Shown: positions 15,509 through 24,547 of the stretch, in pieces
Layout: every line of letters begins with the position of its first letter
Numbering within the stretch: the stretch's first letter is position 1
IMG/VR virus record: IMGVR_UViG_2667527228_000001
Span: 1-64,000 of that record
From: a virus
Taxonomy: Duplodnaviria; Caudoviricetes
Direction: 5' to 3' (one strand)
DNA: 64,000 nt
The notes under the pieces: generated by a model
What the model saw: the letters and a program-made list of their open reading frames with translations, nothing else
What the model was told of the DNA's origin: nothing
The model's database searches: none
Translations under genes and position numbers: made by a program

Positions 15509-16216
15509 TCAATGAAATCCGCCAGACCAGAAGACCCGGCCGAGTACGACAAGCTCCTGATCCTGCACCTGCTGTGCCGTGTACTCCTCGTCTGGGTGCT
15601 CGTCACGATTGAAGCTGCGCAACCGAAGGCCACCACCAGGGAGTCGGTACAGCTGCTTCACCCGTAGCTGACCAGCGTGGTCAATGGCGTACATGTCGCC
15701 GTCTAGAACGCGCGTATTGCCTGTGTCCACCGCCACGGTAGAGCCATTGCGCAATACCGGCTCCATGCTATTCCCCGCGACCGTTACGCATTTCGCGCTT
15801 CCCGGATCGACACCCTTGTTTCTGAGGCTTATCCGGCCAAACCGCAGCTTACGGTTCGAGGATTCCTGAACTGCCGTCCTGCCGCAGCCAGCCGACAACT
15901 CTACTTCCTTGAGGAACGGCACATAGACCTCGTCGTCTTCCAGCGGGGTGCTGTCATCCCAGACATCGATGGGGCCGAGCATTTCTGCGTTGGAATCAAT
16001 GGTTGGTCTTGCAGGGGCATCCCCAGTAACGAGAAACCCAACTGTGGTTGATAAGGCCAAGGCTATCTCATCCAGCCGCCGGCCGCGCGGAACGGACACT
16101 TCAGACTCCCATTTCTGAACAGCCTGAGGGGATACAGAAAGGCGCCTCGCCAGCTCTGACTGGTTCAAGCCTGCTTGTTCTCTTTTGCGCGCAATGCGCT
16201 TGCCTAATGTGCTCAT
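15509..16216 (-). CDS. cI: CI-like repressor (XRE HTH + S24 peptidase)
   Basis: LNQSELARRLSVSPQAVQKWE; AG cleavage site; GNSMEP and VKQL catalytic Ser/Lys. Confidence 0.93.
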   Translation of the reverse strand: MSTLGKRIARKREQAGLNQSELARRLSVSPQAVQKWESEVSVPRGRRLDEIALALSTTVGFLVTGDAPARPTIDSNAEMLGPIDVWDDSTPLEDDEVYVPFLKEVELSAGCGRTAVQESSNRKLRFGRISLRNKGVDPGSAKCVTVAGNSMEPVLRNGSTVAVDTGNTRVLDGDMYAIDHAGQLRVKQLYRLPGGGLRLRSFNRDEHPDEEYTAQQVQDQELVVLGRVFWSGGFH

Positions 16217-16227
16217 GCGCCAATCAT

Positions 16228-16320
16228 GCAACCCGCAGTTGTGGTTTTCACTGTGAATGTAAGTTGTGGTTTTTCCAATCGTGCGATAACCTCTGGTTGT
16301 AACTGTAACTTTGAGGTTCA
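16228..16320. promoter_or_regulatory. OR operators and pR/pRM region
   Basis: GCAACCCGCAGTTGT and ATAACCTCTGGTTGT between divergent cI and cro. Confidence 0.65.
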
Positions 16321-16322
16321 AA

Positions 16323-16526
16323 ATGGAAGAGCTACCGATCTGTAAGGCAGCCAAGGCTGCTGGCGGCCAATCCGCCCTTGCTCGCCTCCTCAAGGTCACT
16401 CCTCAGGCGGTGCAGAAAATGTGCGCCTCTGGGCGTGTGCCTGCCGAGCGAGTTCTCGAAATTGAAAAGGCTACTGGCGTCTCCCGCCATGAGCTTCGCC
16501 CTGATATCTACCCCGTTGCCGCCTAA
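16323..16526 (+). CDS. cro: Cro/YdaS-like regulator
   Basis: GGQSALARLLKVTPQAV...ELRPDIY. Confidence 0.88.
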   Translation: MEELPICKAAKAAGGQSALARLLKVTPQAVQKMCASGRVPAERVLEIEKATGVSRHELRPDIYPVAA

Positions 16527-16556
16527 CCAAATTTCAACCACGCAAGGAATCACTAA

Positions 16557-16760
16557 ATGGCTTTCGTAAATCCAGAGCACAAGCGCATCAAGGATCGCAA
16601 GGTCCGCTTCAACAGCACGCTTGATCGAATTCTCGGCCGCGCCGCACAGCGCGCAGAAAGACAGCACGCCACCTATCTGTTTGAGGTGATCGAGTGGGCA
16701 GTCGAGAACGGTGTGATCGAAGCCCTGAGCAAGGACGAGAAGAAGTCTAGCGCGGCTTAA
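16557..16760 (+). CDS. Small DNA-binding protein in the CII position
   Basis: AAGGA RBS; basic, RHH-like. Confidence 0.6.
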   Translation: MAFVNPEHKRIKDRKVRFNSTLDRILGRAAQRAERQHATYLFEVIEWAVENGVIEALSKDEKKSSAA

Positions 16761-16779
16761 CGGCCCTATGGAGGGCCAA

Positions 16780-16983
16780 ATGCCTGAGTTCGATTACGAG
16801 GGGCTCAGCCCCGGCGCAAAAACAAAGATTGCTGCCCTGGCCCTGAAGAAGGGCTGGAGCATTGAGCAAGCCATTGAGGCTATTGGGATTGAATTCGTCG
16901 CCATGGGCGGCCCGACCCTGATGTATCGACAAAAAGGGAAGCTGTATCAGCTGGCCCCTAAAGAGACCCTCGATAGGTCCTAA
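16780..16983 (+). CDS. Hypothetical phage protein
   Basis: GGAGG RBS. Confidence 0.6.
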   Translation: MPEFDYEGLSPGAKTKIAALALKKGWSIEQAIEAIGIEFVAMGGPTLMYRQKGKLYQLAPKETLDRS

Positions 16984-17001
16984 ATAGCGCAGGAGAAGGG
17001 T

Positions 17002-17187
17002 ATGAAAGCCACAAGGCAACCAACAGCTTCAGAAATTGAAACGCTTCGTGAGGTTCTGGTGCTGAGCCTCTCGAAGGCCTGCCAGCAAGACATGAAAGAC
17101 CTGGCCATTGAATGCGCCAAGTCTATCAAGGCTGCCTTTGATGAGCTTTACGGCGTTAGCGAGTCAAGCCCTGAGAAATGTTCATAG
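17002..17187 (+). CDS. Hypothetical protein
   Basis: AGGAG RBS. Confidence 0.5.
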   Translation: MKATRQPTASEIETLREVLVLSLSKACQQDMKDLAIECAKSIKAAFDELYGVSESSPEKCS

Positions 17188-17356
17188 GAGCCTTCTTGAT
17201 GGACTCGAAATGCTCCGTCAGCTGTTTGTGGACATCGATGATCGTGCTGGCCTTTTCATCGGCAACGCTGAGCTTCAGCTCCCCCGCACGAATTAGCTCG
17301 ATAACAACTTCCAACGCCGCAGTTGCTGACTGTGTAGCGAGACTTTTGTCTGTCAT
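17156..17356 (-). CDS. Hypothetical protein antisense to the right operon
   Basis: GGAGG RBS before MTDKSLAT. Confidence 0.5.
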   Translation of the reverse strand: MTDKSLATQSATAALEVVIELIRAGELKLSVADEKASTIIDVHKQLTEHFESIKKAPMNISQGLTR

Positions 17357-17494
17357 GTCCGGCCTCCAAGGCCTTCGTTTGTGGAAATTCGAAACTACCA
17401 CGGAAGCGCCGGACACCTATAGCGCCTGAATTTCAGGCACAAAAAAGCCACCGGGCATGGTGGCTGATTCGTTGACGCTTTGAGCGAGGTAACT

Positions 17495-18364
17495 ATGACA
17501 AACATCATTCCCATTGACAAGTCCAGGGGGTTCACCCGAATGGACAACAGCCTCATGGAGTCGTTGGCCACGGTTGATCTGCCTGCGCGAGACCTGCGCG
17601 TTCTGATGGCCATTGCGCGCCAGACGATTGGCTATCAGCTGGACACCAAGCGTCTCACTGCCGACGAGATCGGCAAGCTCACCAACATGCGCCGGGATGT
17701 CACCTCCAAATCGATCAGTCATCTGCTCGAGCGCCGGATCATCTACCGGGTCGGCGGAAGCCGTGGCGACATCGGTATTTCCCCCATCTCCGAATGGTCG
17801 TTTTTCGAAGAGAAAGCACCTCGTCTCACTGAGACCAAAACGTCTCACTCAGCCCAAATCGTCTCACTGAGATCAGATGCGAGTGAGACCAAATCGGCAA
17901 CTTGCCTTCTTTATACAAAGAAAGAACCCCTATTAACTCTTCCTTCGGAAGAGATTAATCCGCCCCAAGCAGAATTGGCTGAGCCTGGTGCTGAAAAACC
18001 AGCACGCAAGAAACCTTTCGGGCTCAAGCAGATGATCGCCGACAACCCGCACGCCATCCCTGAGCAACTGCTCGTTGACTGGCTATCCCTCCGCAAGACC
18101 AAGCGCGCAGCGACTACTTCTACGGTCTGGGATTCCCTGAATGCTGAAATCGCCAAGTGCCAATCTGAGTTTGGTATCGACGCCACCACCGCGATGACCG
18201 AAGCGCTGTTGGCTGGCTGGCAAGGATTCCGAGCCGCCTGGATTGCCAAGCGTCTTGCTGAGGCTTTGCCACAACCTACCACACAGTCCCGGCACGCCGG
18301 ATTCGATCAACGCGACTACCACGCCGGCCTGATCCAGCGTGAGGACGGTTCCTATGCGTTCTGA
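17495..18364 (+). CDS. Phage replication initiator (lambda O-like)
   Basis: GFTRMDN...RVLMAIARQTIGY; internal iterons. Confidence 0.9.
   Translation: MTNIIPIDKSRGFTRMDNSLMESLATVDLPARDLRVLMAIARQTIGYQLDTKRLTADEIGKLTNMRRDVTSKSISHLLERRIIYRVGGSRGDIGISPISEWSFFEEKAPRLTETKTSHSAQIVSLRSDASETKSATCLLYTKKEPLLTLPSEEINPPQAELAEPGAEKPARKKPFGLKQMIADNPHAIPEQLLVDWLSLRKTKRAATTSTVWDSLNAEIAKCQSEFGIDATTAMTEALLAGWQGFRAAWIAKRLAEALPQPTTQSRHAGFDQRDYHAGLIQREDGSYAF
17822..17960. repeat. Replication origin: iterons plus an AT-rich tract
   Basis: Repeated CGTCTCACT / TGAGACCAAA units inside the O gene. Confidence 0.75.
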
Positions 18365-19160
18365 GCCAGCCGTATCCCTTGTGGAAAACGCCCCGGGCGA
18401 GCGCATCCAGCCTGCGGAGTGTGAGACCCATGGCGCATTCGAGCAGAAGGTCATCGTGATGCTCGGCCGTGAATTCAAAATCGGATGCCCTGAGTGCTCC
18501 CGCATTCGTGCCGAAGAGGAAGCCGAGCGCAAGCAGGCTCAGGAAGCAATGGTGGTGCGGATGCGGATGGCTGAGAAGCTCGGCGCCGCCCTGATCCCGA
18601 AACGCTTCGCCATCAAGACCTTTGAAAACTACATCGCCGAGAGCGCAGGGCAAACCAAGGCACTCGCAAAGTGCCAGAGCTACGCCAAGTCCTTTGGCGA
18701 GCACTTCAAGGCTGGTCGTTGCATGCTGCTGCTGGGCAAGCCAGGCACTGGCAAAACGCACCTCGCCGTGGCGATTGCAAACGAGATCATGGCCACCAGT
18801 TCGGCTACCGCCGTTTACCGAACGATAGGCTCGATCTTGCAGGCTATCCGGGCCACCTATGACCACTCCAGTGACCGCACTGAAGCCGGGATCTACTCCA
18901 GCCTCATAGAGCCATCGCTCCTGATTCTTGATGAGATCGGCGCCTCCAAGGAAAAGCCCAGCGAGTTCGAGCTGTCGACGCTGTTCGCCATCATCAACGG
19001 CCGGTACGAAGAACAGCTACCGACCATCATTGTTTCCAACCTCGGCGCCCAAGAGCTGCCGGCCGCCATCGGCGAGCGCTGTGCTGACCGCTTGCGCGAG
19101 GGCGGCGTGATCGTTCTGCCATTCACCTGGGAATCACAACGCGGCAAGGAGGGATTCTGA
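18354..19160 (+). CDS. DnaC/IstB-like helicase loader ATPase
   Basis: Zn motif, GKPGTGKT, LLILDE, IIVSN. Confidence 0.9.
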   Translation: MRSEPAVSLVENAPGERIQPAECETHGAFEQKVIVMLGREFKIGCPECSRIRAEEEAERKQAQEAMVVRMRMAEKLGAALIPKRFAIKTFENYIAESAGQTKALAKCQSYAKSFGEHFKAGRCMLLLGKPGTGKTHLAVAIANEIMATSSATAVYRTIGSILQAIRATYDHSSDRTEAGIYSSLIEPSLLILDEIGASKEKPSEFELSTLFAIINGRYEEQLPTIIVSNLGAQELPAAIGERCADRLREGGVIVLPFTWESQRGKEGF

Positions 19161-19378
19161 TGGCCAATCCAGCACAGAAAACAGCCATGGCCGCAGAAGA
19201 CCTTGTGCGCCTGCGCGATGAGATCGCAATGCACGCCTTGAACGGCTTGCTGATCAATGCGCAATGGGGCTACACGAATAGCGAAGGCATTCGGAAGGTT
19301 TATCAAACACAGCAGGAATATACCGATCAAGCGTATCGCCTTGCCGATGAAATGCTGGCTTCTCGGGAGCGCATCTGA
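19160..19378 (+). CDS. Hypothetical phage protein
   Basis: LRDEIAMHAL...AYRLADEMLASR; coupled. Confidence 0.7.
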   Translation: MANPAQKTAMAAEDLVRLRDEIAMHALNGLLINAQWGYTNSEGIRKVYQTQQEYTDQAYRLADEMLASRERI

Positions 19379-19473
19379 TGATTCCTCAATCAGCAATGAC
19401 ACTGCTCTGCACCCTGGCCGGTTTTGCCATAGGTGTGTTCTGCGTCCTGATCACAATGGCGGTGACAGCATGA
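19378..19473 (+). CDS. 31-aa hydrophobic micro-protein
   Basis: MIPQSAMTLLCTLAGFAIGVFCVLITMAVTA; coupled at both ends. Confidence 0.55.
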   Translation: MIPQSAMTLLCTLAGFAIGVFCVLITMAVTA

Positions 19474-19970
19474 GCGATTACAGCGAACTGAAGTTATTGG
19501 CTGAGGCATTCCCGGCCGACCTGGATTGGGACAGCAACACCGAACCATTCTTTAACGGTCCTTCTGGCGAATCGCTTGGTGGCGGCGCGACTGGTTTTTA
19601 CTCCGTCTACGGCAAGCCATTCCGTCTCGAAGGTGATGACTATGACTACGACGGGCCTACCTATGTCGAGGCATGCAACGCTGATTTCGCCAAGTTCATG
19701 GTTGCTGCGCGTGATGGCGTGCTGGCCCTGATCAAAGAACTGGAATCGCACAAACGTATGCTTCTGGCGGTTGCTTGCGACATTGGCGCGATTGGTAAAG
19801 CACTCAAGGCCGATATGAACGCTGACGGCGATGAGTTGCTTGGCATGGTCATCGACCTGAAAGCACAGAACAGCCGCATGCTTGGCTGGGTCAAAGACAT
19901 CAGCAAAACATCTGGTGACAAGGGTGCCGTCATGGGCGCGCGCCAATTGCTCAAGGAGTTCGCCGAATGA
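19470..19970 (+). CDS. Ead/Ea22-like protein
   Basis: MSDYSELKLLAEA...AKFMVAARDGVLALI. Confidence 0.6.
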   Translation: MSDYSELKLLAEAFPADLDWDSNTEPFFNGPSGESLGGGATGFYSVYGKPFRLEGDDYDYDGPTYVEACNADFAKFMVAARDGVLALIKELESHKRMLLAVACDIGAIGKALKADMNADGDELLGMVIDLKAQNSRMLGWVKDISKTSGDKGAVMGARQLLKEFAE

Positions 19971-20533
19971 ATGACTTCCGAGACTTGAAAGCGATTGCCG
20001 AAGCGTGCCAGCAGCACCAGACGCTGCGCTTCATGCCCAGCCACGGCGCGCTTTACATCCGCAACGACAACGGCATCGTCTTTGACGTGCATCAGAACCG
20101 GTCATTCCCCGAGTTCATGGCGCAGAACAAGGACTATGCGGACCTGATACTTGCCGCTAGTCCATCGATCATTCTGGCCCTGATCGCCGAGAACGAGCGG
20201 CTTCAAGACTGTGAAGACGTTCTGCGACAGCTCGCCAGCTACGTTGGCGCCGGAGGCTACAACGCGCCAGAAGTAGACCCTGAAGTCTTCGCCCGAAAGA
20301 TCCTCGACGGAATCAACATCCTGAACGATCCACTTGCCCAGTTGGTGATCGAGAAAGGTGAGCGGATCGCTCAGCTCAAGGCCGAGTGCGAGGCGCTGCG
20401 CAATGCCGCGGTAAAAGTGATCGAGATGAACCGACAGCATGCCAAAGATCAATACGGTGATGCAGAAAAGGCTGAGTCATGGTCATGCGTCACTGTATTG
20501 CGCGCCGCCATAGGCAACGGGGAGCAGTCATGA
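19967..20533 (+). CDS. Ead/Ea22-like protein
   Basis: LKAIAEA...AASPSIILALIAENERL. Confidence 0.6.
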   Translation: MNDFRDLKAIAEACQQHQTLRFMPSHGALYIRNDNGIVFDVHQNRSFPEFMAQNKDYADLILAASPSIILALIAENERLQDCEDVLRQLASYVGAGGYNAPEVDPEVFARKILDGINILNDPLAQLVIEKGERIAQLKAECEALRNAAVKVIEMNRQHAKDQYGDAEKAESWSCVTVLRAAIGNGEQS

Positions 20534-20931
20534 ATCCCGAATACACGATCCGCGACCTGCGCGACGTCAACCGCCTTGCGGGTGTGCTGCATACCATCGA
20601 CCTGACGAAGCCGAAGGTGGTGGTGATCCGCGACGAGAAACGCCCGGACATCTGCAACCGGAAGATGTGGGCGATGCTCAAGGACGTCTCCAACCAGGTC
20701 GAGTGGTACGGCAAGAAGCTTTCGGACGAGGACTGGAAGCACGTTTTCAGCTCCGCACTGATGAAGCAGGACGTGGTGCCAGGTATCGATGGTGGCTACG
20801 TCGTCTTAGGCGTATCGACCCGCAAGCAGTCGCAGAAGTGGTTCAGTGATCTGTTCGAGCTGATGCACGCCTTCGGCGCCGAGCATGGCGTGCGCTGGAC
20901 CGAGCAGGACAAGTGGGGAGGGCGGTACTGA
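20530..20931 (+). CDS. ninB: NinB recombination protein
   Basis: NRKMWAMLKDVSNQVEW...FGAEHGVRW. Confidence 0.9.
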   Translation: MNPEYTIRDLRDVNRLAGVLHTIDLTKPKVVVIRDEKRPDICNRKMWAMLKDVSNQVEWYGKKLSDEDWKHVFSSALMKQDVVPGIDGGYVVLGVSTRKQSQKWFSDLFELMHAFGAEHGVRWTEQDKWGGRY

Positions 20932-21512
20932 TGCGCGTAGCCCCCAAACCGCCGCGACCGAAGAAGTGCAAGAACCCTGAGTGTGCATTGGAATTCATCC
21001 CGTTCAGCACCACGCAGAAGGTGTGTCACTGGAAGTGCGGCCTTGCCATCAAGGAAGTGAACGAGGCGAAGGCACGCAAGGCCATCGCCGACCTCGGCCG
21101 TAGGGAGATCCGCGCAGCCCGGGAGCGAATCAAGACCCGCGGCGACCACACGAAGGAAGCCCAGGCTGCGTTCAACGAGTGGGTCCGCCTGCGTGACGCT
21201 GCGCTGCCATGTATCAGCTGCGGCCGGCACCACCAAGGCAAGTACGACGCCGGGCATTACCGCACTGTAGGGAGTAATCCTGCGCTGCGATTCGAGCCGC
21301 TCAACTGCCACAAGCAGTGCGTGCCGTGTAACCAGCACAAGTCTGGCGACATCGTGAATTACCGAATCAACCTGTTGCAGCGGATCGGCGCCGAAATGGT
21401 TGCATGGATCGAAGGGCCTCATGAGCCCCGGCGCTACACCATCGAAGAGTTGAAGGCCATCAAGGCGAAGTATCGGGCATTGACCAGGGAACTGAAGGGA
21501 GCGCAAGCATGA
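20931..21512 (+). CDS. ninG: NinG (Rap) endonuclease
   Basis: CISCG, DAGHYR, NCHKQCVPCN. Confidence 0.92.
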   Translation: MRVAPKPPRPKKCKNPECALEFIPFSTTQKVCHWKCGLAIKEVNEAKARKAIADLGRREIRAARERIKTRGDHTKEAQAAFNEWVRLRDAALPCISCGRHHQGKYDAGHYRTVGSNPALRFEPLNCHKQCVPCNQHKSGDIVNYRINLLQRIGAEMVAWIEGPHEPRRYTIEELKAIKAKYRALTRELKGAQA

Positions 21513-22111
21513 TGAAACTCAATTCGGCGCGGGCAGCTTGGCATGATGCGCTCTACACCCCATGGGATAGCCAGGGCTCCCACGTCGAGCAGATTGGCCT
21601 GCTCGGTTGCTCGGTGCAGAAGACCGAGAAGTCGGTGAACAGCCGGCACGCTATGCAGCAGTCCGTTTCGGCTCGGATTCAAATCGCCATCGCCTCGCTC
21701 CCTGACGACCTGCGTGCATTCGGCAACCACATGTACAGCCCGCTGGCCACGGACGACGAAAAGGACGAAGCGGAGGACCTGTTGTTTCAGGTTGCCTACC
21801 AGAACTCCTCGCGGCTCGCGGTGATGTCAGCCGCCAAGATGATGCGGGCCCGGTACGTGTGCGCCGCCATCCTGCACCGGTACCGCCAAATCAATCAGGG
21901 CGGCCAAGGGGAGGGCATCGATCCACTGCCCACCGTGTTCAAGCTTCGGGTGTGGATCTACGACACCTACGGTATCGAGCTACCAGGTGACCAATGGGCG
22001 CGTGATTGGGGGGATTTCGTGGAGCATTGTTTCGACGCATGCAACTGGCTGGACAAGGAGGCGCTTGTGCCAGTTTCCGGCGCAATCAAAATGATGAAGG
22101 AAGCTGCTTGA
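21509..22111 (+). CDS. Putative late antiterminator (Q position)
   Basis: Follows ninG; its stop overlaps the -35 of the late promoter. Confidence 0.6.
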   Translation: MMKLNSARAAWHDALYTPWDSQGSHVEQIGLLGCSVQKTEKSVNSRHAMQQSVSARIQIAIASLPDDLRAFGNHMYSPLATDDEKDEAEDLLFQVAYQNSSRLAVMSAAKMMRARYVCAAILHRYRQINQGGQGEGIDPLPTVFKLRVWIYDTYGIELPGDQWARDWGDFVEHCFDACNWLDKEALVPVSGAIKMMKEAA

Positions 22112-22136
22112 CGCCATGTCGGCGTTTTGGCACTAT
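22108..22136 (+). promoter_or_regulatory. Late promoter pR'-like
   Basis: TTGACG-N17-CACTAT followed by a terminator. Confidence 0.6.
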
Positions 22137-22183
22137 TTCGCCACTGTTAGAGTTTTGCCTACGGCAACTTACTCGAATCATTC

Positions 22184-22213
22184 AAAAAGCCCAGCCATCG
22201 CGCTGGGCTTTTC
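22184..22213 (+). terminator. tR'-like terminator
   Basis: AAAAGCCCAGC-CATCGC-GCTGGGCTTTT. Confidence 0.75.
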
Positions 22214-22331
22214 CGTTTTCGGCTCCACCACACCCATTGCTCCGAGCTGGGAGTGCTGCTGGAGCTGATTCAATCCGCAGGCGAAAGACCGGAAAGACCC
22301 TCCTGCCTATTCGACATAAGAGGATCTACCG

Positions 22332-22571
22332 ATGACTCACATCATTCGCTGCAAAATGACTCTGCGCTCCAAAGGCCTTGTTCAGGGCTCGTCGGAATCA
22401 CTGACCCGTCTGCACTTCGGCGCAGTATGGTCAGCCAATCCGACCGAAGAAGACGCGATCTATGGCAAATACACCCCTTACGGCGAATACGTCGTGAACG
22501 TGGCTGCAGATCGCGCCGAGCATTTCGAAGAAGGTAAGGACTACTACTTCGACATCTCGCCAGCTTTCTGA
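22332..22571 (+). CDS. Hypothetical phage protein
   Basis: GAGGA RBS; 79 aa. Confidence 0.7.
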   Translation: MTHIIRCKMTLRSKGLVQGSSESLTRLHFGAVWSANPTEEDAIYGKYTPYGEYVVNVAADRAEHFEEGKDYYFDISPAF

Positions 22572-22695
22572 ATTCTGCGCTGCTCCGTGCTGCACTTGGC
22601 CGCCACCTGACGGCCCTTTTATTCGGGCTCCCTCGACAGAGATAGCCACGCTTTAACCGGGTCTCAATAGGCCCTCATATTCCTCGGAGACTCCA

Positions 22696-23019
22696 ATGGC
22701 TGAACCAGCAAGCACTGCTGCCAGTGTTCTGGTGGCGAAATACGGCATTGTGATTGGCGCCTTCCTTGGAGCGATCCTTTCCCTCGGCTTCCTGAAGGAC
22801 CTCACCCGAGGCCAGGCGGCCTTTGCCGTATTGACCGGGTTCTTCTTCTCGATCTTCCTCACGCTGCCTGTGAGCAGTTGGCTCGCCCCTAGGCTTGACC
22901 TCCCGCTGGATGACTACTTCCTCTGTGGAGTGTCATTCGTGCTTGGCCTGACGGCGATGAACATCATCCCGGCCATCAAGGCGGCAATGGGCGCCTTTGT
23001 AACGGCGCGAGGTGTTTGA
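22696..23019 (+). CDS. Holin
   Basis: Three TM helices; early in the late operon. Confidence 0.75.
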   Translation: MAEPASTAASVLVAKYGIVIGAFLGAILSLGFLKDLTRGQAAFAVLTGFFFSIFLTLPVSSWLAPRLDLPLDDYFLCGVSFVLGLTAMNIIPAIKAAMGAFVTARGV

Positions 23020-23020
23020 C

Positions 23021-23362
23021 ATGAGCACTATTCTCACTGCAATCGATGCACTGCTCTGCGTCCTGGTGGTGCTGGCAGCACTGGAATACTTGCGTGCGGT
23101 CGACTTTATGAAGCATCCGGTGTTGGCCATCGCGTTCTACCTCGTAGCTATTGGTGCCTTCGGCCTGCTCGTCGAAATGATTCGGGGTAGCAGCGCTTCA
23201 TTTTTCTCCGTGACCCTGCACTCGGGCGTCGTCCTGTACGCCTGGGCACGCCGCCAGTACATCTTCACTCAGGACTGGAGCTGGAAAGGGGAAGAGCGGC
23301 GCAACAGCTATGAGTCTGTTGGCCTTATCCAAAACTCAAAGGCGCCAGGTCGCAATCCCTAA
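23021..23362 (+). CDS. Holin/antiholin-like membrane protein
   Basis: Three hydrophobic segments; adjacent to the holin. Confidence 0.6.
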   Translation: MSTILTAIDALLCVLVVLAALEYLRAVDFMKHPVLAIAFYLVAIGAFGLLVEMIRGSSASFFSVTLHSGVVLYAWARRQYIFTQDWSWKGEERRNSYESVGLIQNSKAPGRNP

Positions 23363-23409
23363 GCCGCGACACGTTTCGCGAAACATAAAATTGTGTCGCA
23401 ACACTGGAG

Positions 23410-24039
23410 GTGTTTGTGGATCGGCCCATGCCTCCAGCTTCACTGCTTAAATTGTCGGATCTATCGGACTTCGGCATCCGGCTCGCTCCTGCGCCTGAAG
23501 TGTGGGAGTGGCTGAGCGCCGAGATCCTCGCCGACACCGGCAAAATTCACAACGAAGACCATGCGCACCTGTTGGATGCAGACATCCAGATCATGTGGGC
23601 GTCATCTCATTTCGAGAAGCAAGGTCGTACGGTCCTCGGTCAAGCCGAGCAGGTCGCATTCCGTGCAGGTGGCTGGCAGAAGGCCCGGATGGAACAGCAG
23701 ATGCGTGACTGGTTCGGCGGTGTGCCGGCTTTCATCATCACGCTGGCTGCCGACTACTGCGATCAGTGCAGCGACCTTGAGTTCTGTGCCCTGATCGAGC
23801 ACGAGCTCTACCACATCGCCCAGGCGACGGATAAGTACGGCCAGCCAGCTTTCACCGAGGAAGGCATGCCCAAGCTCAAGATACGTGGACACGACGTGGA
23901 AGAGTTCGTCGGAGTGGTTCGCCGCTACGGTGCGAGTCATGACGTTCAAGCGTTGGTGGATGCAGCGAACAGTCCTGCCGAGGTGGGGAAATTGAACATT
24001 GCGAGGGCCTGCGGAACCTGCCTGCTGAAGCTGGCCTGA
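23410..24039 (+). CDS. Putative phage metallopeptidase
   Basis: HELYH zinc motif; HDVEEFVGVVRRYG. Confidence 0.8.
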   Translation: MFVDRPMPPASLLKLSDLSDFGIRLAPAPEVWEWLSAEILADTGKIHNEDHAHLLDADIQIMWASSHFEKQGRTVLGQAEQVAFRAGGWQKARMEQQMRDWFGGVPAFIITLAADYCDQCSDLEFCALIEHELYHIAQATDKYGQPAFTEEGMPKLKIRGHDVEEFVGVVRRYGASHDVQALVDAANSPAEVGKLNIARACGTCLLKLA

Positions 24040-24070
24040 TATCAGACAGGCATCGGACAGGTGAGAATCT

Positions 24071-24547
24071 ATGGCAGTCCTCCAGCGTGAGGTGAAGGCT
24101 TTTATCGTTCAGGCCTTGGCGTGCTTCGACACACCTTCCCAGGTGGCTGAGGCAGTCCAGAAAGAATTCGGCTTGACGATCACTCGGCAGCAGGTCGAAT
24201 CACACGACCCGACGAAGACATCAGGGAAGTGCCTGGCCAAGCGCTGGGTGACCCTGTTCCACGACACCCGCCAGCGATTCCGAGACGACACCGCAGACAT
24301 ACCGATTGCCAACCGGGCGTTCCGTCTGCGTGCCCTTGGCCGAATGGCTGAACGCGCTGAAAGCATCAAGAACCTTGCACTGGCCGCACAACTCATGGAG
24401 CAGGCAGCCAAAGAGACTGGCGGGGCATACACGAACAAGCAACAGGTGGATTTGAGTTCCGCTGATGGCTCGATGAGTCCCAAGGCGGCGCCAACCGGAG
24501 TAGATGCGGCCCTCGTTAAGGCCCTGGTAGACAAGCTGGTTGACTGA
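24071..24547 (+). CDS. Terminase small subunit (DUF2280-like)
   Basis: IVQALACFDTPSQV...AAKETGG; precedes TerL. Confidence 0.8.
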   Translation: MAVLQREVKAFIVQALACFDTPSQVAEAVQKEFGLTITRQQVESHDPTKTSGKCLAKRWVTLFHDTRQRFRDDTADIPIANRAFRLRALGRMAERAESIKNLALAAQLMEQAAKETGGAYTNKQQVDLSSADGSMSPKAAPTGVDAALVKALVDKLVD

